A DNA stretch of 64,000 bases from NCBI GenBank assembly GCA_036172245.1, contig JAYWIR010000050.1, positions 62,001 to 126,000 on the forward strand, given 5' to 3'. Source of the stretch: Raillietiella orientalis. Its lineage: Eukaryota. A program made the translations under genes and the position numbers. The notes below the pieces were generated by a model that was not told where the DNA came from, did no database searches, and saw only the letters and a program-made list of their open reading frames with translations. Below are positions 1-11,799 of the stretch, piece by piece. How positions within the stretch are numbered: position 1 is the stretch's first letter; every line of letters starts with the position of its first letter.

Positions 1-260
1 TATATCATGTCCTTTAAGATTGGGCTTGTTAGGTGAAATTATAATGTATATGGGGATGGTGAATGTGGTGATGTATGTGGTATTGTATTTAGGTATTATT
101 ACTATAGTTGGGGGAGGTTATAGAATGTATATGTTAAGAATATTGTGTCATGGGGATATAGCAATGGATGTAAATTTTATATTAATGATGAAAGATTTTT
201 ATGTTGTTATAATGTGTATGGTGGCTAGGGTAGTAAGGATAATAATATTTTTATGTTGAT
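1..260 (+). CDS. nad4: NADH dehydrogenase subunit 4, 3' end (mt-derived)
   Basis: CPLSLGLLGEI...GYSMYML...HG C-terminal pattern; directly precedes trnH-nad5; probable incomplete T stop. Confidence 0.85.
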
Positions 261-320
261 GTCAAGATAGTTTAATAAGAATAACGATTTGTGGTATCGT
301 AGGTAGTTGTTGGCTTTGAA
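261..320 (+). tRNA. trnH: tRNA-His (GUG), mt
   Basis: Anticodon arm acgat-ttGTGgt-atcgt between nad4 and nad5. Confidence 0.9.
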
Positions 321-324
321 TTAT

Positions 325-1938
325 ATAGTGGTATTGGCTAGGATGATAGCCGTGAATGTAAGTTTGTGATTTATTTGTTGAGGTAGGGTGATGATGATGG
401 AATGATCATTGATAAGGTTAGGGGGAATGGAATGAGGTTTGTTGTTTATTTTGGATGATAAATGTTTATTGTTTATGAGGTATGTAATGGTTATTTCTTT
501 TTTAGTGATGGTGTATAGATGGGAGTATATTGAGTGGAAGAAGAAGTGGTTTTTTGTGTTAGTGTTTTGGTTTGTGGTGAGGATGTTATTGTTAATTATG
601 AGTGGTAGTTTAGTAACTATTATTTTGGGTTGAGATGGACTGGGTATTATTTCGTACTGTCTAGTTATTTTTTATGTAAATTGTAATTCTAATTATGGGG
701 GTATGATTACTTTTTTGAGTAATCGTGTGGGAGATAGAATTTTATTGATGGGTATTGGGTGGTTGTTGATAGGGGGTACTTGGAGGTTTAGCAGGTTAGA
801 TGCGGGTGGCTGATGTTTTTGAATTGTGGTGTTAATGAGAATGACTAAGAGTGCTCAGCTGCCCTTTAGTGCGTGGTTACCAGAGGCTATGGCAGCGCCA
901 ACGCCAGTGTCGGCTTTAGTTCATTCATCGACGTTAGTAACTGCAGGAGTGTATTTGATGATTCGGTTTAATGAAATTGGGATGGTGAGTAATGTGGTAA
1001 TTTATGGGGGTCTTTTAACGAGGGTATATTCGGGGTTGATGGGGAGATTAGAGGTTGATGTAAAGAAGATTATTGCATATTCGACGCTGAGGCAGTTGGG
1101 CATGATGTTTATGGGGTTGGGGTTAGGTATAGGAGTGTTAGTATATTATCATTTATTGATTCATGCTGTGTTTAAATCATTGATGTTTATGTGTGCAGGA
1201 TTAGTTATTCATATACATGATGGAAGGCAAGATTTGCGAGTTATGGGGGGTACAAGTACAGTTAATGTGGCTTTGAGTGTTATCTATAATGTAAGGATTA
1301 TGGGATTAGTGGGGTTTCCTTTTTTGAGGGGTTATTATAGGAAAGATTATTTAGTGGAATGGATATGATATTCTATGTGGGGGGGTGTGGCGGAAGTTTT
1401 TATTTTTGTTGGGTTGGTATTAACGGTGGTTTATGGATATCGAATATTAGGTAGAGTAGTGGGTGGTGCTGGTAATGTAGAGAGAAATGTTAGTATAAAT
1501 GATGGATATTATATTGTATTAATGAGGTTAAATTTTATAGTGGTAGTAGGAGGTATATTAGTCGTGGAGGAGGTTGAAAGATTTGTGTTGTTTTTTATAG
1601 AGAAATATGCAGCAATTGTAAGAATAATTGTTGGTTTATTATTTGTGGGTATTGCAAGTTTGTTTGTAAGTTGGGGGGATGTGGTGGTGGTAGTTATGGG
1701 TTTGAAGTTGATAAGGGGGTTGATGTTGAGAAATTGATTAATGTATGTTGGCATGGTGGTGGAGATGGTTGATAAGGGGTGAATGGAGTGAGGGGGTGTG
1801 TGGTATGTGGGGATAATTGATACTGTAGGTAAGAAGAGTATTGCGTATAATGTTATGGAAGGTAAATATTTTATTGGTTATTTTATTATGTGTTGTTTGA
1901 TGTGAATGATTCTTGTGAATGATTTTTTATGGAGTTAA
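325..1938 (+). CDS. nad5: NADH dehydrogenase subunit 5 (mt-derived)
   Basis: One open frame in mt code; [58 protein letters not shown] 1936-1938; ATA start approximate. Confidence 0.95.
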
Positions 1939-2177
1939 GATTGAATGGTTGGAGTTGAGAGATTGGGTTATAATTGGTGTTATGTTGGTATTTTATGGGG
2001 CTATATTGTTATATATAGTGGAGTGGGTAATAGGGGTTTAATGGGTTTGTTAAGAGGTTATTGGGAATTAATTTTTGTTAGCTATATTTTAAATTTGGGT
2101 TTAATTTGTCTCGGAATCCAAAACGGAATAAGATTTTTAATTTTATGTTGAGTCATATCTCCGGGAGTGTGCTAGTA

Positions 2178-2228
2178 AGAGACGAACTTAAGGTTAGGTC
2201 GAAACTAACTGTGTTATCACTTTTGTCT
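2178..2228 (-). tRNA. trnR: tRNA-Arg (UCG), T-armless, mt
   Basis: Minus strand gttag-ttTCGac-ctaac anticodon arm; acceptor agacaaa/ttcgtct. Confidence 0.85.
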
Positions 2229-2229
2229 A

Positions 2230-2563
2230 AGAATATTCATGAAATGGAACCAGTGTAAAGTTCATATTTTAATCTTAAGATTAAGAAGAGAATTAGTGAC
2301 GTTAATGCAATTGCTGAGGAGAGTGTGAGGGATAATGGTAGGAGTGGGAGGGGGAGAATGATGGCTAGTTCGATATCGAAAATTAGGAAAATGATTGTGA
2401 TTAGAAAAAATTGGATGGAGAATGGGAAGCGTGCATTGTTTTTTGGGTCGAATCCGCATTCAAAGGGAGTTGAAGTATTGTAGTTGAATTGAGGTGTAAT
2501 TTTAATGATTATTGTAAGAGAGGTAATGATGATGATAATAAGTAGAGATGGTAAAAATAATAT
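2230..2563 (-). CDS. nad3: NADH dehydrogenase subunit 3 (mt-derived)
   Basis: PFECGFDP and FLIFDIE motifs; ATA start; probable incomplete stop. Confidence 0.93.
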
Positions 2564-2575
2564 TTCTTGGCAGAA

Positions 2576-2628
2576 GAGACAAAATGGTAGGCCACTGTTG
2601 AGAGATTAGAAGTCCCTGATGTTGTCTC
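2576..2628 (-). tRNA. trnS1: tRNA-Ser1 (UCU), D-armless, mt
   Basis: Acceptor gagacaa/ttgtctc; aggga-ctTCTaa-tctct. Confidence 0.85.
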
Positions 2629-2656
2629 ATTGTAAGATGTATAGATTGGAGTTAGT

Positions 2657-2710
2657 AAAATTAGAAATTTTTGTTTGCAAAACAAATGTTATTATTTTAA
2701 CTATAATTTT
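2657..2710 (-). tRNA. trnA: tRNA-Ala (UGC), T-armless, mt
   Basis: aaaatta/taatttt acceptor, gtta/taac D-stem, tttgt-ttTGCaa-acaaa. Confidence 0.85.
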
Positions 2711-2712
2711 AG

Positions 2713-2767
2713 GTCTTTTTAGCTTATATAGAGCGAAGCGTTGAAAGTGCTTAGGAAACAGTGGACA
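2713..2767 (+). tRNA. trnF: tRNA-Phe (GAA), mt
   Basis: tagct...gagc D-arm; aagcg-ttGAAag-tgctt; same strand as nad5. Confidence 0.8.
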
Positions 2768-2780
2768 ATCAGTAGGAAAT

Positions 2781-2833
2781 TTGAGTTGGGGAACTGATTA
2801 TCATTAACAGTGATATGCTTAAGCTTAACTCAA
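2781..2833 (-). tRNA. trnN: tRNA-Asn (GUU), mt
   Basis: ttgagtt/aactcaa acceptor; tatca-ctGTTaa-tgata. Confidence 0.85.
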
Positions 2834-2888
2834 ATTCTTAAGATTTTTATCTTGAAGGGATAATGTGTTGTTTTACACTAGAAGAATT
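2833..2888 (-). tRNA. trnE: tRNA-Glu (UUC), T-armless, mt
   Basis: aattctt/aagaatt acceptor; ttatc-ccTTCaa-gataa. Confidence 0.85.
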
Positions 2889-2943
2889 ACTCTTTATTTC
2901 TTAATAATTGGAAGTTATTTGTACTGTATATACTAAAAGAGTA
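2888..2943 (-). tRNA. trnG: tRNA-Gly (UCC), T-armless, mt
   Basis: actcttt/aaagagt acceptor; aataa-ctTCCaa-ttatt; follows cox3. Confidence 0.88.
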
Positions 2944-2946
2944 TAC

Positions 2947-3717
2947 TTATAGGTATATGAATAAGAATAGAAATAGTCATACAATATCTACGAAATGTCA
3001 GTATCAAAGAGGGAGTTCAAATGACAGGTGGTGGATATTGGTAATGGAGAGTGAAAAGATTTGAGTTATAGATAGAATGAGGCAAATGAGGCCGGCAAGT
3101 ACATGTAAGCCGTGGAATCCTGTTGCAATGAAGAATGTTGAGCCAAAGATTGAGTCTGCAATAGAGAAATTTAGTATAAAATATTCTATGGCTTGAGTCA
3201 TAAGGAATATTGATCCTATTGTAATGGTAATGAGTAGAGAGAGGAGTGAGATGGAGTAATTTTTTTTTAGGAGGGAGTGATGTGTTCATGTTACTGAAAT
3301 GCCTGATCTTAGTAAAAGGATGGTATTAAATAGGGGTACTTCTATGGCTGCGGGTATGGTGAGACTAACTGGTGGCCAAGAAAGCCTAAATTGTGGGTTG
3401 ACTCTTAGTCTAGAGTGAAAGAATGATCAAAAGAAGGAGACGAATAAGAAGATTTCTGAGATAATAAATATGATTATTGCAAATTTAAATGTTTTTATTA
3501 TTCTTATTGGAAGGATACCGATAAATGAGGATTCTCGTTTCATGTCTTTTCCCCAGAGGAGTATGTTTAAAATTGTGGTTATAATACATAGGATGATGGG
3601 TGAGTATATTTTGTGTATGAGGCATGTTAGGGAGAGGGTTATTGATGGGAGTGATATAGAGATAAGAATAGGTCAAGGTCTGTATTGTTGGATGAAGAAG
3701 GGTTGGTGGTTTGTTAT
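2947..3717 (-). CDS. cox3: Cytochrome c oxidase subunit 3 (mt-derived)
   Basis: SPWP near the start; GSTFFIATGFHGLHV; WYWHFVDIVW; TAA stop. Confidence 0.95.
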
Positions 3718-3722
3718 TGTGG

Positions 3723-4358
3723 TTATTTTTTTGTGTATAATGATGTTAGTGTGGTGAAAATGTAAGCTTGAATGAAGGCTATGGTGATTTCTAGTATTAT
3801 AATGGGAATGGATGGGATGAGATTTATGAGTTTATTGGAGAGTATAATGATGAGGATGTGTCCGGTAGTGATGTTAGCTGTTAATCGTAGTGATAGGGAT
3901 ATGGGTTGTATTATTAGTCTGATGGTTTCTAGTAAGGGGATGAATGGGGAAAGTGAAGGGGGGGTTCCTTGGGGAGTGAGATGGGCTAGGAAGTTTGAGT
4001 AATTGTTTATGATGGAGGATATTTGTCTAGATGTTCACAGTGGGATGGCGAGGGATATTGATAGGAATAGGTGAGCGGATGAGGGGAATGTATAGGGGGT
4101 AAGTCTTGATAGGTTTAGGAGAGTGATAGTGGTTAGTAAGGCGATAAATATTTTAATTGATGTAGTGGTTTGATGGTGTAGGTTATTGTTGATAGTTTTT
4201 GCTAGTATTTTTATTGGGTTGGCGATGGATAGTTTGGATATTGTTGGTATTAGTCATATAGGATAGGAAATGATTAGTAAGATGGCGATGGAGGTGGGGA
4301 TGAAATATGGTGGGGTTATGGTATAGGGGTCTAGGGGGGTGAAGATGGAGTTTATCAT
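3723..4358 (-). CDS. atp6: ATP synthase F0 subunit 6 (mt-derived)
   Basis: ATGATAA overlap with atp8; SLSLRLTANITTGH; AFIQAYIF. Confidence 0.95.
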
Positions 4359-4498
4359 AATCATTTGGTATTTTTTTTGTGTTGTATGTGGGACAGGGAT
4401 GGTCTAATGTGGATAGGGATGAGTAGGGTTATGCTTATGGTTAAGGCAGTGAAGAGGATGTATAGGGGGAGTCAGAATATTGGTGTTAAGTGAGGTAT
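4352..4498 (-). CDS. atp8: ATP synthase F0 subunit 8 (mt-derived)
   Basis: MPHLTP start (MPQ-like), KWLW* end, 7-nt overlap with atp6. Confidence 0.88.
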
Positions 4499-4508
4499 TG
4501 AATAAATT

Positions 4509-4570
4509 CTAGAATTTATTTTACTAATTACAACTTGACAAGTTATTGTTATTTTTTAACTAAAATTCTA
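4509..4570 (-). tRNA. trnD: tRNA-Asp (GUC), mt
   Basis: ataac-ttGTCaa-gttgt between cox2 and atp8; no trnK beside it. Confidence 0.85.
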
Positions 4571-5227
4571 ATTTTTTGTGATTATGTGGATAAAATCTTT
4601 TACTCTTACCGAGTTAAGTTGGATGGGTATGAATCTGTGATTGATGCCGCAAATTTCGGAGCATTGGCCGAATAATACGCCAGGTTTGTCTAGGAAGATG
4701 GCCTGTTGATTAAGTCGTCCGGGGATGGCATCGATTGTGATTCCTAAGGATGGGATAGTTCATGAATGAAAAACGTCTGATGATGTGATGATTATGCGAA
4801 TTATTGTATTATAAGGTAGGATTAGGTGGTTGTCTGTAGCTAGTAGTCGTAGAAGGTTTCTGTTTGGCACTATGAAGGAGTCGAATTTGGTTTTTTTGAA
4901 AGTTGAATATTCATATGTTCAGAATCATTGGCTGGCGATTGATTTAACGGTTAGGGAGGGTAGGTAGTCGGTATCTAGGAGATAGAGGATGTGTAAGGAG
5001 GGGAGTATGATTAGTAGGAGGATGAGTGAGGGTAGGGAGGTTCAGATGAGTTCTATGAGGTGGTTCTTGAGTAGTATGAAATTGGTGTAGGAATTGTGAA
5101 GGTAGATGAAAGTGTTGTATAGGATTATCAAACAGATGATGGTTAGAGTAATTATGATGTAATCGTGTAGTAGGATGAGGTGTTCTATGAGAGGAAAGTA
5201 TGCGTTTTGAAATATGAGAGATGTTAT
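4568..5227 (-). CDS. cox2: Cytochrome c oxidase subunit 2 (mt-derived)
   Basis: ELIWTSLP, QWFWTYEY, DVFHSW and CuA motif [12 protein letters not shown]. Confidence 0.95.
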
Positions 5228-5228
5228 T

Positions 5229-5281
5229 GCTAAGTATTATTGATGGATTTTGAATCCAGTGCATTAAATTGCTATGTTAGT
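5229..5281 (-). tRNA. Second tRNA-Leu copy, anticodon CAA (paralog of trnL2; functionality uncertain)
   Basis: Aligns to 5761-5815; anticodon loop ttCAAaa vs ctTAAaa. Confidence 0.7.
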
Positions 5282-5489
5282 ATGCTTAGTTATGGTGGGT
5301 GAGTCTATGGGTGATTATGAGAGCGGGGTTTGAGGATGTGACATGTTGAACTTTGGTTTATTATGTAATTTGTGTTGTGGGAGTACTTGGTAGATGGGTT
5401 GGTTAGATTAATTGTTTGTTTAATGATAGGTTGTGGTGCGAGGTAGCATATACGGTGGGGTTGTTTTATGGCTCATTGTGTGTATGAAG

Positions 5490-5752
5490 GGTATTTATTA
5501 ATAGTCGTAGGGTTCTTTGATGGGTATGTCGGATTTGGGTTTGGGCTTAGATTTGGATTTGAAAATCTTGAGGATTGTATGTTTTCATGATTGTAGTCAT
5601 TGCTTGATGGTTAATTTGATACTTAGGTGGGGTAAATAGTTATTATTTAAGAGGAAAATGATAGATAGGGATGGGAATGTATATATTAGAGGTGTAAGTA
5701 ATGGGAGTGTATTTCAAAAGTTTTTGAGGGTGGAGATTAGTTTTTTTAGTAT
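5490..5752 (-). pseudogene. Degenerate duplicate of part of cox2
   Basis: WNTLP...PSLSIIFLLNNNYLPHLSIKLTIKQW is colinear with cox2 WTSLP...[30 protein letters not shown] remnant after a frameshift. Confidence 0.8.
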
Positions 5753-5760
5753 ATTTTTAT

Positions 5761-5810
5761 TACTAAATATTATTGATGGATTTTAAGTCCAGTGCATTAA
5801 TTCTGCCATA

Positions 5811-5815
<5 letters not shown>
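5761..5815 (-). tRNA. trnL2: tRNA-Leu2 (UAA), T-armless, mt
   Basis: tctaatatggcag... ctgga-ctTAAaa-tcca immediately after cox1. Confidence 0.9.
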
Positions 5816-6960
<1,145 letters not shown>

Positions 6961-8274
6961 TCTTCTCCATCTCCTTTCTCCGTTGCGCGTCAGGAAAGTT
7001 CAGCCGCCGTGGGCTCCTAGACGGATGCGTCGCGCCAGACCGACGCCTCGGAATATCTCGACGATCCGACTCGTAACGCAATCGCCGCTCCCCAGGCCCT
7101 CTCTTGTCGTGGATGGCTGCAGTTCATTGTCATCCAGCAGAATCTCTTCCACCTTGAGGGACTGTTGATCGACTGAGGGTCACATGTACGTAGGGAGAAG
7201 ACGCGCGAGAAAGAGAAAAGCGGGAAGTGAAGGATTGGAGATCTCTGGAGCGACGGGTCTGCTGCAGAACAAGTCAGTTCTCCAGCGGTCGACAAGCATT
7301 CTGACTTCGGTCCGCCTGCCGGCCTCCCCAACCGCCGCACCGATCACCTTCGGTTGGTTGCTGGCGCTTCGCAGGGGATGAGCAGCGCTGGATCGGCGGA
7401 AGAATCGCGCCATCGGCCAACGTGCTTCGCCTTTGTTCTGGCTTTTTGGTGGCAGCTGCCGTTTCCTTTGCTTGCTGCTGACGCCGGTCTTCCGCCAGTT
7501 CCCTGGCAGAGCGCATATGACACTCTGGTGGGAAGGGTAGCATGGCCGGTGGGCTCGGTGCATGGTGGGCAGGCGTTGCCGCGAAAGAAGTGGTCGGAGC
7601 AGGGCTGCGCGCGGGAACGGGCAAATCGAAGACTGGGTGAGGGAGTTGATCGTTTCTGGGATCACGAGTTTCCGGTTTGTCCTCGAGTTGGGGATACTGC
7701 TGGCAAGGAGGAGACTGCCTCGACGAACAGACGGGAGTGCAGGTGAGAAGCTGCGGTGCGCCGTTATCCAAGCCCGGAGCGTAAAAGAAGAGAGGGACTG
7801 GCGAGATGTGCGCACCTGATTGATCGGCTTGAGGTTTGAGGTGACGCAAGGCGGACCGACCACGTCCGTGGTATATTGGAGAAAGTGTGAGGTTGAGTGC
7901 GTCGTAAGAGTCAAACGGCACGTGCAAATGTCGGTTGTCTCGCAGTGGAACGACTTCATTCCAGGGACTCGATGAAGCTCCCCTTCGACGCCGCGTCCTA
8001 TGACCGACTACCGAGCGACACGTTCAGCGGCGAAAGGGCGACGGCCTGGCAGTGGGGTCTGAATGGGGCGGAGTGGCGAGGAGGCAGCCGAGGCTGGACG
8101 GAAGAAAAGAAAGCGGAGGAAGGCCAGCGGCGGTCTCGTAGCAACGGACCATTGTTAGTCAAAATCATCCCCCATCGTCCCTGTTGTTCCTACTTTGGAG
8201 TCCCTGTTTCGCGAGGAGAAGAAGAAGGGCAACAGAAGGAGCAACGGAAGTTTTTAGCGGAGAGAGAAACCCGA

Positions 8275-10041
8275 ATGACGGCATTCAAGGCGTGGATGCA
8301 CCCTCACTGGCTCCTGCTGCCAGCCCTGGCGGCGGCTGGCGCAGGATGTCTCCTCCTGCGGGAGAGGATCAAAAAGTCGCGGCACACTGCCGGGAAGGTA
8401 AGTCCGTTTTCCTTCTCCCGCTGCTCCGGTCGTTTGGTTCGCGAGCGCTTTCCGCGCACCTGTTCGAAATAAACGTGAGGAGTGTGGGGGAGGTTTTGGG
8501 GATGGAGGGGTAGCGCCTGGAGCCGCTACTGCTCTCGCTGTAACCGCGTGCGTCACTAACGCCCGTGACGCCACCCTCGGCGTCATATAGCCTCGAACCG
8601 GAGGCGACGAGGGAAAGGAGGGGGCCTTTTCCATTTCCTCTCTGCTAAGTGGCCCCCCGGGAGACCCCTCGCGACATGCGTCGCGCCTTACTTGCTTTCG
8701 TAGCTTTGTTTCCCGAGGCGCTCCGAACGCCGTCGGTGTTGCATGGTGCGTGCGCGCGCGCGCGTTGTCTACACGCGGAAGACGCCTCTCCGCCGTCACC
8801 TGATGAAGACGCCAGGAGCCGAGAGAGGTACAGCATGTGACACCGGTTGCCCGACATTCGACCATACCAGAAGGGACAACGGGGGAGGGAGCCCCAGGAA
8901 TTCCAGGCGCGGCTGCTTTCCAGCGGCAGCTCCGAAAGGGCGACGCCTGCCGTGCCGAAACGCGCTCGTCCGGGCGCGCATTTTGCAGGGTTGAGCCGGC
9001 TTGGCGCCTCCTTCTTCCCTCATCTCCCTCCCGCATGGCTGTCCGTTGCAGAAGACGGATGCTCGCCCGGAGGCCGAGCGGACTGATGCAGAGACGTTTC
9101 GCGCCGTTGGTAGCGCCCTCCCCTACGTCGGGGGGCAGCCCGGAAAAGTCTCCGCACTAGTAAAGGACAACTTGCGCCTGCGGCAACAGTACCGAGAGGC
9201 GCTTCGACAGGCCCACCACTACCAGGTACGTCCCGTCCGCTCCGCTTGCCGCCGGGCCTCGGAACTACCGAGGATGGGGCAGGCAGGCCCGGATGTCCGG
9301 CTTGCGTCCTCCTGCTTTCCGACACCCACCTTTTTCCAGGGGCTCTACCGGCTAAGCGAGCAAGCGAGAAGGGAGCAGAAAGAAGAGCTGGCGACCGCCA
9401 CGCACATGTTGATCCTCGCTGCCGAGTTCCTGGAGGACAGCGACCCGACGCAGTCTCCAGGCAGCGCAGCGCGGGAGCAAATGGAGCCGGAAGTAGAAGA
9501 CTTGGTGACTGAGAACTTGGTGACTCAGAACCCGGGAGAAGAAGACCTGGGGACTGAGAACTTGGGAGGAGAAGATCTGGTGACTGAGAACCCGGAAAAA
9601 GAAGACCTGGTGACTGAAATCCATGAGAGCGAGCAGGATGCGGACGGGGACGAAAGGTTGGCGGCTTTCGCTCCCGTCTGCCTTCCCTCGCCTTGCTGCG
9701 CTGTTTCCTGCGTGCCTGCCTGTCCCCGTCGTCCGAAAGAGGACGCCGACGCCGAACCCCCAAAACCGGACGGATCTCGCGAGCAGGAGCGCTTTTACAC
9801 CCACACTACCAGTAAGGTGGTGATGATCCGTGCGGTGGAGGGCTCCCCAGGAAAGCAGGAGGCGGTCTTCATGATTAAAAAGGACGCCACCAAAACGGTT
9901 GGTGGAGTCACCACCACCTGCGCTTTGGGAAGCCAACGGATGACTGCCGAGATACCAAAAAGCCGTGACCCGTTGTGCTACGCCTACAGGATTGCTCCAG
10001 CGTGCTTCCAGCTACTCCACGACAAGTTCCGCAGGCCGTGA
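8275..10041 (+). CDS. Spliced gene of unknown function: N-terminal hydrophobic anchor, predicted coiled coil, acidic EDLVTENP repeats (copy 1)
   Basis: Exon 8275-8397 ends at GTAAGT; phase-0 acceptor at 9051; GT..AG intron 9226-9339 joins HHYQ|GLYRL; frame open in both copies; exon model tentative. Confidence 0.5.
9496..9620 (+). repeat. Coding minisatellite, ~30-nt unit GAAGACCTGGTGACTGAGAAC (EDLVTEN)
   Basis: 4-5 degenerate units; mirrored with a different arrangement at ~57927-58066. Confidence 0.85.
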
Positions 10042-10684
10042 ATTTTCCGGTGCGTTTCCAGGGAACGGGGGCCTTGGAAACGACAAGAGGGAAAGGAGAA
10101 AGACGAGGAGGAATTGGAAGAAAAAGAGTAGGAGGAGTGAAAGGAAGGCGAATGCCCGGCAGAGTTCGCCTCGCAGATGATTTTCCTGGGCACTGCCTCC
10201 TCTTCCCGGCGCCTCGCAGGCGCAGGTGCGTGTCACGACTCCACTCCCCATTCCGGTCTTTCCACCGGCAGAGCAGCGCGATCTCTTTGACTGTCGTTTC
10301 CCAGAACAGCTGCCCGCGCCCATTCACGCCCACCAAAAGTCGGCGCCAAGACGGGGGCTCTCGAGCGGGGGCGGACCGCTCTTGCAGCCTTTTCTCACTG
10401 GCAACCGACCCCTCCTCATGGTGTGGAGCGCCCGAAGGAGTTGCGGCGGATATGGCGCGAGGGCGTTCCTAAATACAGTTTTCTTTCGAGGATCATCAAA
10501 ATGTTGCGATGTCGCGGCAAGGGTCAGTCTGCTGGAGGTAGTCGCCGATGAGCTGATTCCAAGTAGCAGGGTGCGGTCGGTGCAAGAAACACCGCTCACT
10601 GAAGATGGATGGGATGGAAAGAGGGGAAATAGCGGAACCACAGTTGCTGCTCCTGCGTTGCCCGGCCCCCGTTGCGGGCAGGAG

Positions 10685-10730
10685 CGACGCCTCCTTGACA
10701 CTGGGCCGGCCCAGTGTCAAGGAGGCGTCG
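10685..10730. repeat. Perfect 46-bp palindrome with no spacer
   Basis: CGACGCCTCCTTGACACTGGGCC|GGCCCAGTGTCAAGGAGGCGTCG. Confidence 0.97.
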
Positions 10731-11799
10731 AAAATACGCAAGCGGAAGCGCAAAGTGCCTGTGGGATCTAAGGGCCTTGCGTTCCTGCTTCTTGCGTCTC
10801 GTGGAACGGCCGGAAAGTGTTCCCCGCCCGATGGAACGAAAGCGGGTGCGGGGAAACGAGGGGCACCCAGGGAACGGAAAGATGAGGAGGATGGGGGTGG
10901 AAGATTGATCGATCGGTTTGATCGATCCCTGGCACGCACTCCGAAGCTCCTTTTGCTGTTGCCTTCCCGGAGCAAGGAGCCTATGCGTGCACTTTTGGTT
11001 TTTTTCTCGCAGGCAATTCGCCTGCTTGAAAAGTTCCGCTTGCCGGACGCTCCATCCTTTCTGCACCCGCCGCGGTGGACTCCAGTATCTTCGACGCGCT
11101 CACCAAAAGGTGCACTCGCCTAGGATGCGTGAGGCCGTCACGTGTGTTCGCACGCGGCGGCGTACTCTTCTGCACACGAAGAGGCGCGTTGAGGCACCCA
11201 CTTATCCGTGAGTGCGTGGCAGCGCCGTGTGTTGCTGCTGAGGGTGCGGCAACACGCAAGCGGCGGTCGCCTTCCCGCGGACTGCAACGTCCTGTCGTCG
11301 TCCAAGAGAGAATGCCATCGGGGATGCTGCCCACTGCCTGTTGCCCTTTCACCACGGCTACCAGCGATCCTTTTCTTACCTTACACTCCATTTCGCTCGC
11401 CACGCGCCACTCGGCTTCGGCTGCGGACTTGGCGCGTTGCCGACCCGCGTGTCGCCGATCCGACCGCTTTCCTCTTCCTTCTCGCTTGTCGATCCGACGC
11501 TTGAAGGTTTCTCTGCGCGAAATACGCGCCCTTACGTCACCAAGTGGGAACGCCGCTGCAGTCTTCAGTGAGAAGGATCAAACCCGAGCAAGTTGGCATC
11601 TATCCGTGGGCCGTTGGCTACCGATGCGCCTTTCTGATGGAGGCTGGCAGGCTTGCAAGTTGATCCTCTGGTATCCTTCCAGGCCATGAAGGACGCTTCC
11701 GAGGTTTTCTTCCGGCGGTGAGAATAGAACTGTTCTTTCTCCCCACTGCCAAAGGACTCACCATCCGGGCTCGCAGGAACGATTATTATAGGAACAAAC

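Larger units (their letters stand above)
6965..11444. repeat. Inverted duplication, left arm block A (mirror of 56099-60597)
   Basis: Reverse-complement match visible throughout; near-identical ORF sets on opposite strands. Confidence 0.97.

Noticed and set aside
1939..2175. ORF 1945-2151 or a hidden trnK/trnQ in the nad5-trnR spacer
   Set aside because: No recognisable motif or convincing cloverleaf; G/T-skewed DNA easily gives stop-free frames. Left as non-coding.
2657..2710. tRNA-Cys (GCA) on the plus strand
   Set aside because: The anticodon arm is near-palindromic, but the D-arm and connector only fit the minus-strand Ala reading.
7017..7959. Long overlapping ORFs (7180-7959 minus; mirror 59599-60288) as a gene
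   Set aside because: The two copies differ by frameshifts, there is no recognisable domain, and GC-rich DNA gives long ORFs in all frames.
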